Of a stretch of DNA of 64,000 nucleotides, positions 13,692-26,930 are shown piece by piece. The stretch is from Thalia democratica. Its lineage: Eukaryota. Every line of letters starts with the position of its first letter. The first letter of the stretch is position 1. The stretch is from positions 15,252,001 to 15,316,000 of the forward strand of contig OZ241826.1 of NCBI GenBank assembly GCA_965202585.1, given 5' to 3'. Position numbers and translations under genes: made by a program. The notes under the pieces were generated by a model. That model searched no databases, was not told the origin of the DNA, and was given only the letters and a program-made list of their open reading frames with translations.

Positions 13692-15451
13692 CGCGGGATA
13701 TTTAGCATGACGTAAAAGCTGTCAAACATAACTTATTACGTTTGCTAAATACTATAACTTAGTTGCATGCAGCTGCTTTATCCTTTCTTCTTACTGCGCT
13801 GTTGGTTGTTTTCGGGCAGTATATAAATCTTGACTCATATGAGTAAAGGTGTTGCATGATTACAAGATATTTGTACAAAATTCATGCTTGTTCGTTTTTT
13901 TTTTTAATAAATGAGAGACACAAATTATTTGTTTATTGTTGTTGTATTGTTTGTTGTGCCATGTTGGATTCAGGCATCAAAACCTGGGCCACTTAAACTT
14001 GACACACAAAAAGAATAAAATTTAAAAAATAAATCATATTGAGCAAATTAAGAAACAAAATACAAATTAACAAATTTTATTCTAAATTGCTTAAAACTTC
14101 CATTATAATATGCTATTTAATGAAAATATATGATTATTATTATTATTATTGTTTTTCAACTAGCAAGTACAATTTAACTTCAAAAATGTTCAATGTAGTT
14201 ACTAAGGTGTAATTACACTTACTTTAATATATTTTAGTTATTTGTTAAACAAACCATACAATTTTAAACTACATAGCAATTGTGAATTGAATGAAATATT
14301 GCAAGGTCCAACACATATACATCACATAACATCAACAACAAAAGAAATAATGAAGTGAAATGAGCAAAAAATATCAAGTTATGCAAATTTATGTGTATGT
14401 TTTTTGTGAGAAAAGGTTAACTGGACATACTTACTTTAGACAATGACGTAACAGTTAGCATGCACTTCTTTAGAAAAATTAATCTTACCATTCTTCTCAG
14501 GCAGGCACGGAGGTAGTCAGAACAGTTTTTTATGATAAGGAAATAGGTCTACCGATTGTAATCGTTTTCGAACATAATCATTTAGAGTTATAAGTAGCTA
14601 GCTGTGTATTTTACATAAGAAGCTTACTCTAAATTTATATTTTCTTTCATTTAACTCTTTTGTCAGATGTTTACATAATCTTACACTTATTCATTCAGCT
14701 TAGCAAACAAGCTTTTTTATTTGTAGTTGTAATATCTTACTATCTTGATAGGAATAGTTTACAAACAGTTTTTATAAAATCATCTTTTATGAAGGAAACT
14801 TTTGAACAAATTAGACATTATCATGAAAAATCAAAACTATGTCGACAAAAAGTTAATCTTTCATAATTTGATATTTTTTGCAGTAGTTAATCTCTTATAA
14901 GTAGAAAAATGTTAAGTTTATAAAAGTTACAAGTCTTTCTTTATATATTCTTTTGGTACTATTTCTTTCATAAAACACTCAAGTCTTTTCAAACAAGATG
15001 TGCACAGCTTTTATAGACTGATTTTTTGTCTTAATTAGGTATTTAATAAGTTTTAATTACGCTAAAAAGCAGTTTTATCTGTCATTTATAATTAAGTAAT
15101 ACTATATATTAATTAAAAGTCTATAAATTGTAGACTTTCAATATGTACACTATGTCTTTTTGGAACACTTTTTGTTGTAGCCTACAATATAATAGTTAAA
15201 TTGTATACAAGACTGAAGTGTTCTTTTCATGCAAAACACTGTGTGAATGAAAAAAATAAAGTTTATTGTATTTCTTATCAAGAAAGCCAGAATTGCAATA
15301 AGATTTTTGGAATTTTAGCAGGTTGTGTTTATTTGCCAACTACCTGAAATTTTTATTTGGGATTGTATTTTGGGAAGGTGCCGACCAATTCGGGAATTTC
15401 CCCTAAATCGAAAACAATTTTTAAAATAAAATTTTAAGTTTTTGATTTTAT

Positions 15452-17403
15452 TTAGGGCAGGTTATGCTGTCGTTCAGAAGAACCAATGATCTTCCTGAAA
15501 TGTGCAAAGTCTAACTCTAAAAAGCTTTTATTCTCAGCGACTAGTGTAAAGCAACGTTCTATATATTGTAAAGTTAACTGAACAAGTTTAGGTAAGTTGA
15601 AGAGACAGGCGATTGTATACAAAAGAAGTACACCATTAACATTTGTTTCCTTCTTAATAGAGTTTAAGTTGATTGCTGTCAACTTTATTTCTAGTAGCAC
15701 TTTATTTGTTTTAGCATTTTTTACCAACTCTCTTTGTTCTTGATTTGACGTATCTAAAGATATAAATTATTTTACTCTAAAAAACTTAATATTAGTTAAT
15801 TAAGATTTTAGACTTTAAAAATTATATAAAAACATTTTTATGCTTGTCTATAATATTTAAAATATTTTAAGATAAGTTAAAGTTAGAGTTAAGGCCAAAG
15901 GAATTCCAACACTTTTTTTAGAAAAATCAATACTACCTCTTACATTGGAGCTTAAACTACAAGCCATATTTTTTTAGTTTTCAATACAAACGTATAAAAA
16001 TTTTTCCATTGTCAATTTTTTCGGAAATTTAAAAGTTCTAAGATCGCCTTCGTTTTTTAAACTAAAAACCACAAATTTTCAGTAAATAATCATTTTCAAC
16101 TTTAAAAGACTTTAAAACTTTGAATTTTTTTTAAAGAAATTTTTTTTTTAAATAATAAGTTTGTTTTTTTATTAAGTTTTTATTACTAAAAATTAAGATT
16201 CCGATACTGAATCGATTTGAATATTAGTAATTGAACTACTGTGAAAAATTGAAGAATATTGGTTATCAAACTAATGAGAAGATTAATAATGAACTTTAAA
16301 TGAAATAGTCTTTTTGCGCGATTTTAATTCTTGTCTTATATAAGAAACTTATTGAGATCTATGACTTTGATTACTTATACCTCAAAGTTTGCCCCTTCCA
16401 ACAAAACTACTCAAAAAGCTACCATTTAAAACACTCAGATTGTTGTTTTTTTTTTTTTTATCTACATCTGCAACTCAAGAATTTCTAGTTCAGGTTGTAA
16501 AATTTTTAAATTCCCCCCCCCCCTTCCACCCTTCGACCCTTTGCTAATTATTGCTACTTGCTAAAATCGACCACTTTGGAAAACCCTGGATTAGATTAAA
16601 ATCTGAAAATTGTAAAAATCAAGGTGGACCCACCATGGCCTTTAGTATTAAAATATGTTAACCAGAGATTGATTTGATTAAACAAAAAAGAAACAATCTA
16701 ATATTTTATCACAGTTACTAAATAGCTTTTATAATAGTTGATGAAAAATAAGTTGAATAAAATATATTTAAATAGTTTTATTTTTAGTAAAAAATTCAAC
16801 TTACTTTTACCGAGGATAAAGTTTATTGTCGTTCCTATCTTCCTTTTAAAATGAGATATATCTGAAATTAAATTTTTGTTAGATCTACTTTTTTTTTGTA
16901 ACTAAATACAAAAAAAAACTAAACAGTTGTTTGGGTATGTAACTTCTGTGTCGGTAATATTTAAAGTTGTAGATTAAAGTTTAGAGAAAGCTTGTACAAA
17001 ATTAAATATGATGTAAGTTTATATACGAAAAATGCATATATATATATATATATATAAGTATTAAATCTGATAGCTATTAGAAATAAAGTAAATACATTAA
17101 AATTTATATTCTACTCAACTGTTATTGATTTAATAAAAAAAAACCCTAATTTTAAAGCTATCTTTATTTAGAATAATTTTAAATCTGTTTGTTTTAAGGT
17201 AGTGGTGTTTATATAATGTTATTAGAATTTAAACTTGATTTATATATTTTATCTGGACAGTTTTTGAACTCACAAGTTTCAGTAGAAATTCCAACTAATT
17301 TTTTAATATTTTCCTTGCATATTCCAACAAAACATTGGTGTTCATATTTATTGTATTCCTCATGACTACTTGAAAACTTTTGATGAAAATTATACTCTTC
17401 CAT
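15452..17403 (-). CDS. 3'-truncated BACK-Kelch paralogue K2 (~162 aa; truncated gene or pseudogene)
   Basis: Exons 17403-17274, 16861-16805 and 15753-15452 are homologous to K3 exons with intact splice sites and phases. Homology stops after ...LDFAHFRKIIGSSE, followed by RQHNLP-stop; no Kelch repeats. Confidence 0.7.
15893..16640. mobile_element. Kolobok-like MITE in K2 intron 2
   Basis: ttaa|ggcca...ccatggcc|ttta; same position as the 23294-23910 element, so it predates the duplication. Superfamily is inferred from the TTAA-type target only. Confidence 0.5.
17036..17056. repeat. (TA)n microsatellite
   Basis: About 10 TA units. Confidence 0.8.
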
Positions 17404-20400
17404 TCTTTATAAGTCTTTGCACTTCTCACTACTTGATGTTGTCTAATTAATTTTTATTTAAATCTAAAAATAGTTGATTTGTTGACTCAAAATTTTTGTT
17501 TTCCTTTATTAAATTTTGAAATTAAGTATGTTATAACTAAAATTTGTAGAATTTACTTCGTGATTTTGAGAATTTTTGTAATAAAAGTTTAGTATAAGGT
17601 ATGGTTTTAGGTACATTAATAAATTGGTTCTATTCGCCATAAGTTCTATTTTATTAAACTTATAATTACCAGATTCTATCTGAGACTACTTTATATAAAC
17701 CAGATGAAACTGTTTCAGTAATGAGTCTATTATGTAAAAGAACCACAGAACACTATTATAGTAACACTACTTCAAAAATACAAGTTTCTTTATTAATAAT
17801 TTAAAATAAACAAACTTAATAATAAGTTAAATTGAAGTGAAAATTAATTAAAACTATAAAAATTTAAAGAACTGTAAAACAATTAAGTACTGTTAAATAA
17901 AAACTCTCAATACTTAAATAACAAATACACAAAACAAAATAACATGCAGTTCTAAAAAAGGTCTAATAAAAACTTTTAGCAATGTCTCAATGCAAAACTC
18001 TATATAATGTATTACAAGTCGCACTTTTATTATGTTTTTAATACAAATACATTTGTACTTCCACGCTTCATTGGCTGGGCTAATTTTGTAAAATTCAGCG
18101 TTCAAAATTAAACAATAAAACATTATTTCTACATTAGTTATATAACATAGTTCATAACTGAAAATTAGATAACTTCTATTTTCGTACTTTATTCTGATAG
18201 TAATTTTAATAGATTAGTTTGGAGGTTAGATTAAGCTAATAATAAAGTAAAAGTTATAATTTTAAAGCGAATACTCCAGAATAAAAAATTAAAAAAAACT
18301 AAACAAAATATCTTGAATATATGCGGGAGCTTATTTTAAGCAGACTGGTAGTCTTTAGGCTTAATAAGGTAGGTAACTTAATATTTTGTCGGCTAGATTT
18401 ATCAGAATAGATTAAAAATCATCTTGTGTACCTTTAAAAACATATTTAAAATACCAGTTTTATAGAAAAAATAAAAAACTATGATTTAAAATGCATAGCT
18501 AAAAACTTTTTTCTTTTAAATTATGTTTAAGCTTATAGCACTACAATGTCCGAAAGTAAATGGAAATTTATTAAGGTATACATAATTTAATTTAAGAAAT
18601 ACTTTCATTATATATACTGTCAAAGTTTTAGAACTTTCGGAATATCGCGATAAGATTATAAACTTTTAAATAATACTATTTATCATTAATTAAGTTATTT
18701 TTACTTGAAAGCAGAACAAAATTAACAAGGTTAAAATGTACAAAAGCAGTTATTCTACTATCATTTTGTTAACCAAATAACAAAGTAAAAAAAACTAGTT
18801 GCTATAGATTAAAATAAAACCTATTAACTTAATTCAAGGTATAATAATAAAATTGCCACATAAATTATCAATATAATTCAATCAAACTATTAGTGTAAGA
18901 AACTTAATAAACTTATATATGTTATACAATTAGCTCTAATTTGGTTCAGAAAAGTACAAAGAACAAGGAAAAAGATAATTTAGAGAATAACTACTTACTT
19001 GTTTTAAATATTTCATACTTTTTATCCTCATTTTAACTCAGTAATGAAATAACCTGAGTTGGCGTATAAAAATAAGGTATCTGTGAAGGGTAAACTTCAC
19101 TAGTTACAAGTATAGCTTTATATTCATAAAATATTGAAGTTTAATTTTTTTCTGATGAATCACATTAGCATACATTAAGAGACAAATATGTTTACATAGA
19201 AATTAATTTAGTTACGTATAACGCAAAAATAAATATTTTTAAGTTTTTACTGTAGTAAAAATTTACTCTTGTTTTACTAATTAATATAAAGAGAAACATC
19301 TTAGAGAAACAAATTAGTAAAGGTGTAAATAGAATAATTTGTTAACTGTTCAAAAGTAAAAGTAGGTAAATAAATCTCAGGCCTAGTAGTATTTAATTAA
19401 CGTTGAAGCCCACTAAAAAATATAGACTAAAATATAAATAAAGCCCACTAAAAAACAAAGAATTTTTACTTTTTAACTTTACTAAAGTTTCTAGTATAAC
19501 TTTTGATAAGATCTCCTTTGCAAATTTTTATCAATTTTTGTTTTAGTTGAATTCAGCCACACTGGTTGCAAGTCTCTCGAAAAAGTTCTTTTAGAAAAAA
19601 ATCGGAAACAGTATTTGTTCACGGTTAATTCTATACTTTAGTCTTTACTTTTTTTTTTATAGGTTTTAAATAAAAATATTTGTCTTTATTGTTTCTATTT
19701 TGCTATTTAGACGACGTTTCTGTAACTCAAGTTGTATTTAACTAGTTAGCTTAGTTTATTTTTGTTTACTAATGTAACTTTAACTGTTTTCTTTTTGTTT
19801 TTTTATTGTAGCGCTAATAATCTACTTTATAAGATTTAAAGAACTATACTAAAAATCTTTGCAATGCTTAGAAACCTTTTTTCGGTGAGTAATACTTTTT
19901 TATCAATTTTTTTTATAACCTGTTAAATATTTGTTTCAACGAATATTTCTTTTGCCTTGTAATTATGTTGTTTTTATACTTTGTTACCTCACATCTTTTT
20001 TCGTGGAGTTCTAATTAAAAAACACATTTACACATAATAGTTATCATCGATGTAATCCTAATTTCAAAACCACCATGTAATTTTAAAAGTTTTCTACATG
20101 TAGATAATTTCTTAAACGTTAAGAATGACTCTTATTTTATGTTTTCACTGAATTAAATTTAAATTAAACGAAACTAAAAATCATTAGTTAGTCATTTGTC
20201 TTAATAAATTTGAAAAATATTTGAGTAAAAAATTGTTTCTAAATTAATTTTCCATTACTCACTATCAAGCTTGTTAAATCATACTTAATTCACAAATTAA
20301 CAACCTGTGTGTAACACTTTTTTATTTAAAACAAACAAAAATTTACAAAATCTTCAGTTCACTTGGCATATCAACAATAGTAATCTGGTAACATTGGTAA

Positions 20401-21325
20401 GCATACTTTCTATTTGTGTTAGTTTGTATTTAAAACAAAATATCAGTTTCTTTGTTTAGTATCTTTAAGCATGAACATGCGGAATTTTGCTATTAAAACA
20501 TAAAAACAAAAACTTTTTCTCATAAAGGCGCAATGTTCAAGTAATTACTTATAGAAGAAACAAAATGCAAAAATTTTATCAACTTTATTTTTATGAGGAA
20601 CTTGGCTAAAGCTAGTATTAATGCCTAATTTAGTGTGCCTTTATAATAACTAGAGTTACATCTATTTCAACTATCACGTTAAGGAAGACAAGATTGGTTA
20701 AAAATAATAATAAAAACATTTTATAGTGTTTTTGCTGTATTTTGAAACATTACAACAATAAATTTAGACAATTTTTAGAATACAATAATGTTGAGGTGTA
20801 GGTATGGATTGTGGTATACTTATTTAAATGCTACTACTCATCATAATCAAATCCTACATTATTTTATTACTATTTAATAATTTATACTTGAGACTACTTT
20901 ATATAATCAGACAAGACAGCTTGGAGTGATGTATCTATTATATAAAGAACCACAAGAAATACAAGTAAAATATTAAAAATATTTATTACCATCATGAACA
21001 CTTAAAGAACTGGTAGCTTTTTAAATACATATCAAAAGAATCGAAACAATTAAATTAAGTTATTAATTATATTCTACTATATTTAATTATAAACTTTTAG
21101 TGATAAATAAAGTATAAAAGGCTTAATAATTACTAACATATGAATCTACCTCAAATATTTAGATAACTTAACACCAGTTCAAGTATTGACTTTATATGTA
21201 ACCAATATTAAAATAAACATACACAAATGAGTTAAAAGTTCTTTTTTGAGGTCTTTCACGCGGCTGCACCAACACACTGAATAACGGCTCACATGAAACT
21301 GCATTGTCATGCTTTGATGTTTCTC

Positions 21326-21402
21326 TGCGTCATGATCCATGATTCTCATTGGCTCGTTTGGATGCGAGTTAACATTGCGTCAGATGATTCTTATTGGCTC
21401 GT
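21326..21402 (-). promoter_or_regulatory. Duplicated CCAAT + TGACGCA module
   Basis: tgcgtca..atgattctYattggctcgt occurs twice, 50 bp apart (21326-21357 and 21376-21402), in a GC-richer island. Confidence 0.35.
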
Positions 21403-21769
21403 GCATGCAACCGTATCAAATTCTAAATATTCTTTTGAGCATAACATTTAAATAATGAAAATGCAAGGAATTTTGCAGCAGCTCATTACAGAGGGTTTTT
21501 CTTTTAATTTAAAGCAAATCAAAATTTAAATATTGTGTTCTTTTAAGAGAAATACATACAATACTTGGTTACATATTGATAAATGAAAAAACTAACAAGT
21601 TCTTCTACCGTATACATTCATACTTCTAAAAAGATTTCAAACGTTATCAAAAATAAATTACTACGAATTTTACTGTTTTTAAGCACAGTAGCATATGTAA
21701 AAGCATCCAGGCTTAAACTATTAGACTAAATTTAAACTCTATGGTTTTTTTTTTCATTAATAGTATAAG

Positions 21770-24650
21770 TTACGTTAAAATCATTTGAGGTATTTTTAAA
21801 CAATTAGCAATATATATGTCTTCTACATAAAATCCATATGTTTCTTCATACCATTTATTTTTGTCTGCGTCGTAAATATGGACTTTGTAATTTTCAAATA
21901 GAACTAATTTGTTTCCTATCGAAATTGCTCCATCTAAGGGGTGATCTCCAGAAATGTTCAAAGATAGTTTGACAATGACAAACTTGTTTGACATTTTATC
22001 GAAAACTTCAAATGTACGCATAAATTTTTCAACTACGAATATTTTACTTTTCATTGCAACTAAACTATGTCTTCTTTTACTTTTTACCATGTTAGGCATG
22101 TATGTCCATGTATCAGCTATATGGTCATACACTTCAACACTTTTTGTTTTATAATATACTCTATGTCGATAATTGTAAGTTCCTCCAGAAACAACAATTT
22201 TTCCATCAAAATTAGTACATGCTGCGTAAGATCTAGTCGTATTCATTGAACTAACCTCTTTACAGGTTTCACCATTCGTATCATATTGAACACATGAATC
22301 TAGTAATTTTGTGTTTCTTTCTCCACCAATAATGTATATCATGTCAGCGATAGAACCAACACTAAACTCTTCGCGATATTCAATGCTAATAACCTTTTTC
22401 CAAGCATTAGACTTGCTACTATATTTTCTGAGTGTTACATATTTGTCGTCGCTGTTGTCTATAACAAACACATAAATTTCACTCATACAACAAACTGCTC
22501 TAACAATCACCTCTTTTTTTGGCATTTGGGTAAAATTTTCAACATTTTTGAAATCATTTCCACTAAATTTATATAATTCATTTCCATAATATTCAAAAAT
22601 CACATAATCAAAATTGTCTTGATTGCAATATCTGGTCACGGCCTGCCTACTGCTCAATTTGATATTTGTTTCTTTGTGCGTGTCTTGAATTTCAGTTTGT
22701 ATAATTTCTCTGCACTCATTGTTTTTACACATAAAAGATTCTTTATTTAAGAGATAATTTAAAGCAGGACCTGACAGCAAAGAAAGTCTCACTGTTAATA
22801 AGAGATCTTTTGCAAACATGCTTCTTTCTTCAGCGTTGTAACAAATCCAATGATCTACTGCATTAAACACTTCAGTCTCTGAAGTTATATGCAGCTCAGA
22901 CGAGCTAAAGATCTTTTTGACAAGAGTAAAGTCTAGCTCTTGGAAGTTTTTATTTTTAGCAACTATTGCAAAACAACGTTCTATATACTGTAAGGTTATT
23001 TGAACAAGTTTTGTTATGTTGTACAGACAGGCAAACTTATACATAATAATAACATCATCAACATTTGCTTCCTTCTTAATTAGGTTCAAATTTATTACTT
23101 TCGAACTTTTTCCTAGAAGCACTTTACATTTCTTAACATTTTTTATGAACTCTATGTATTCTTGGTTCGACGTGTCTAAAAATAATAAATATTTTATTCC
23201 AATATAATTGAAAAAAAATATCTTTACACATTGAAAAATGAAAATAAAAACTTTTTTTGCTTATTTTCGAAGATAAGTTAAAGTTAGAGTTAAGGCCATA
23301 TGGGGTTCAACATTTTTTTTACGAAAATCAACATAGCTCACATATTAAAGCTAAAAGTATAAATTACAAGTCAGTTTTTGTAGAATATAAAAGATAGTTA
23401 GCTTTCAAGTTTTTTTATTTCAGTTTTCAATACAAACCTATAGACTGCCATTTTTCAATGTCAATTCTCCCTCGTATATTGAGCTAGAGACCTCAAATTT
23501 TTAGAAAATATTCCTTTTATAGTTTAAAAGACTTTCAATATTTTTTTTTAATAAACAAAAAAGTTTACATATAAAAAAAAAATATTTTTGGATTAAGTTT
23601 CTATTATTGAAATTTAAAAATTTGGCACTAAATTGATTTAAATATTAGTAGTGGAATTACTGTGAAAAATTGAAAAAAAAAGGTTAAAAAATTAAGAAAA
23701 GATTAATTTTTATGAGATAGTTTTTTTTTGCGTGTTCAATTTGCTCCTTCTATAATGAACCTATTGAGGTGAGGTCACCGACTTTGACTGCTTATATCTC
23801 AAAATTTACTTTGAACTTTATTACTTAGTTAAACATTTCTACAATAGCTTGGATTAAAATCTACAAACTAAGATCTAGTTGTAAAAATTATGGCGGATCC
23901 CCCCATGGCCTTTATTATTAAAGAATAAGAACTAGAGGTTGATTAGATAAAACAAAAAAGAAGCTTTTTTATCATTTTTTATCACAATTATAAACTAGCT
24001 TTTATAATAGTTTATGAAAAACTAATTATAGAAAAGTATATCTAAATAGTTTTATATTTAGTAAAAAAGTCAACTCACTTTTACCAAGGATAAAGTTTAT
24101 TGTCGTTCCTATCTTCCTCATAAAACGAGATATATCTGAATTATTATTTTCCTTTTTTTACTTAAATCTATTTTTTAGTACAACTTAAGAAATGTTTATG
24201 TGTTTAACTGTGGTTATCGTAAAAGTTTTAGCTGAGTAGTTTGAAGCTAAATTAAAAGTTATAAGGTAAATTACCTGTAATTTTTCTTTATGTATAAAAA
24301 AAGTAAAATTTTAAAAGAAGCTGGTACATTAATAAGTATATTCTATTAAACAGTTTTATTCATTATACAAAAGAAGCATTAACGTACAAGCTTTCTGTAT
24401 TTAAAATAATTATTTTTACTCTGTTTTTATTAGATTATCTAATAAATATCATTGATTGTTTTAACAAATGTTAAAAGAATAATAAATTTGATTTATATAT
24501 TTCATGTGGATAGTTTGTGAACTAACAAGTTTCAGTTCCAACTAATTTTTTAGTATTTTCCTTGCATATTCCAACAAAACATTGGTGTTCATAATTATTG
24601 TATTCCTCATGACTACTTAAAGAATCTTGATGAAAACTATAACCTTCCAT
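21770..24650 (-). CDS. BACK-Kelch protein (KLHL-like, no canonical BTB), copy K3, ~528 aa
   Basis: Exons 24650-24527 (MEGYSFHQD...VGTET, phase 1), 24135-24079 (YISRFMRKIGTTINFILGK, 1-1) and 23175-21770 (NTSNQEY... in frame with the 450-aa ORF). BACK motif YIERCF...SSSELHITSETEVFNAVDHWI and Kelch motifs YIIGG, VVSGG, EVYDHIADTW. Confidence 0.88.
23294..23910. mobile_element. Kolobok-like MITE in K3 intron 2
   Basis: TIRs ggccatatggggttc / ggatccccccatggcc flanked by ttaa / ttta. Confidence 0.55.
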
Positions 24651-26810
24651 CCTTTATAAGTCTTTAATGTTATCCTTACTCCTTGGTGTAATGTGATTTA
24701 TTTTAAGTTAATCTAAAAACAATTGATTTATTATAAGTTGTTAGATATTTTAGTGGCTCAAATTTTAATTTTTTTATGTAAATTTTAACTATCTATGATC
24801 AAGTATGATATAACTATAATTTGTTGAGTTTACTTAGTGATTTTGAAAATATTGGTAATAAATATTTAGCTCATAATTAAAATTAGAAAAAAAAAGTCTT
24901 TCTTTATTCTGATAGTTATAAATCACATTATTATAATACATATATATCATTATAAAAATAATATATTAAAATTAAAAACTTAAAAAATAAGCATAAAATA
25001 AAATAATATGTGTGAGTATTGGTGTTATTATAACAAAACTGGTAGTCTTTAGAATTGATAAGCCCGGCTAAATATCTTTAGCAACTTGTAAAACTTTAAA
25101 AAACTAAAAAAAAATTACTTAAAGAAAGAAATAAAGAAATGTTAAGTGTGGATAGCTAAAAATATTTAAACTTTTTTTTCTTAAATTATGTTCAACCTTA
25201 TAGCAGTACAATATCCATCACTAAAGAGAAATTTAAAAGTAAATCCGCAGCTTAATTTAAAAATACCTTATGATAAATACTGTCAATATTTGCATAAATG
25301 TTAAGAAAATCAAAACAAGGTTATACACATTTAATTCATACAATCTATCAGTAAGTTATTACTAGTATTTGAAAATAGAAAAAAGTTAAAGAGTTTACAA
25401 AGAATACAATCAGTTATTAAGTTTAAATTTTATCAACTAAAAACCAAAAAAAAGTTTTTGTAGATTAAAATAGTACGTGTAAATTTAATTATAATTATGA
25501 TAATAAAATTGCCTCATAAAGTCTTAAGATAATCTAATTAAATGGTTACCGTGCAAATTTACTAAACTAATATGTGTCATACAATTTACTTTAATTTATT
25601 TTGGAAAAATTACAAAGAACATAGAAAAGATAATCTAGACAGTAACAACATAATTATTGAAACTATTTTTTTTACTTTTTTATCCACATTTCAACTAAAA
25701 ATGTAAAAAAAAACTAAGTTAGCATATAAGGTGTATTTCCTGTAAAGGGTAAACTTATTACAAAATAAGATTCAACTTTACATACTATACAATAAAATAA
25801 ATAAACAAGACAAGCAAATTAAACAATATTTCAAGCTACTCTCACTAGTAGAGTACAAAGCTAACAAGTGGTAAGAATTTTAAGCTAATACAGTAAAAAT
25901 GTAGTTATAATGTAATCAATGAGCAATAAAAGACAAATATAATTAGCAACAGTAATAACTAAACATACTTATTTACAAAAAATAATCTATCTATAGTAGT
26001 AAAACTATACATTAATATAATAAAAATAACACGATTTATAAAGTATAATGTATTCTTAAACTAAAGAAACAGTACAATCAAGATGTGTTTGCTTTCTTTT
26101 TATAAGTTTTAAAATCTCATGACGTGTTAGATTTGTACTCTACTGATGAGAATTCCTGAAAATATTATGTAGTTTGCTGAAATGTGTGTCTTTGATATTT
26201 TATTGAAAAGTAAATGGTCAGTAATGTTAAAATTTATAACACATAATAATAAATTTTTTATGTTAATTTTTTTAATAAATAATATAAGCTAACATTAACA
26301 AATAATCATGTTTACATTGAAATTAAATATGTCACTGAAAAACAAAATTAAATCTTCTTAGATTTTTAACAATATTTATAATAATACTATTATTCTGATT
26401 ATTGACATAAAGAAGATATAATAGAAAAACTTTTTATCAGTTAATGTAATAAAATATATTTTATTCACTATTCAAAAGTAGAAGTAAATTTGTAAATTGT
26501 AGGAACAATAGTTTTAAACTAACTTCCAAGCTTACTAAAAAAACAAAGCAACTTTACTTTTGGTTTTTATTAAAGTTTACAGAAGAGCTTTAGTGGTGAG
26601 CCACAAGATCTCCTTTACAAACTTTTATCAAAGTCTTTCGTTTTAGTTGAATTCATTCACAATGAGAGCGAATCTCTCCAAAATGTTTATGAAATAAATT
26701 ATGTTATTCTTTATGAAATAACATTTGTTCACGGTCAATTCTATCCTTCAGTCTTTACTATTTTTATTAAATGATGAAATTTTTTTCTTTATTGTTTTTA
26801 TTTATTGTCT

Positions 26811-26930
26811 TGGACATGACATTAAACTGTATCCTGGTGTATGACTTGATAACCGAAAGATTTTTTCGTACAACAGGTCCTGAGACCAAATATTTGAGCG
26901 CTTTTTTTTTTGTTCAATAAACTAAAACTG
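26811..26930 (+). repeat. Degenerate dispersed repeat, SINE-tail-like
   Basis: ggacatgacattaaactg...ttcaataaac is similar to 37081-37190; the SINE assignment is inference. Confidence 0.35.

Larger units (their letters stand above)
15470..19900. repeat. Segmental duplication copy A (paralogous to ~22900-27330)
   Basis: Collinear shared blocks: 15860/23272 gataagttaaagttagagttaaggcca, 16805/24079 exon, 17274/24527 exon, 18340/25035 actggtagtcttag, 19510/26608 gatctcctttRcaaa, 19617/26726 gttcacggtYaattctat. Confidence 0.85.

Noticed and set aside
13134-13705. Several overlapping antisense and alternative-frame ORFs
   Set aside because: By-products of the GC-rich half of the Kelch exon.
14487-14546. 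Possible 60-nt minus-strand exon with a strong gtaaga donor
   Set aside because: Weak acceptor and no partner exons or homology.
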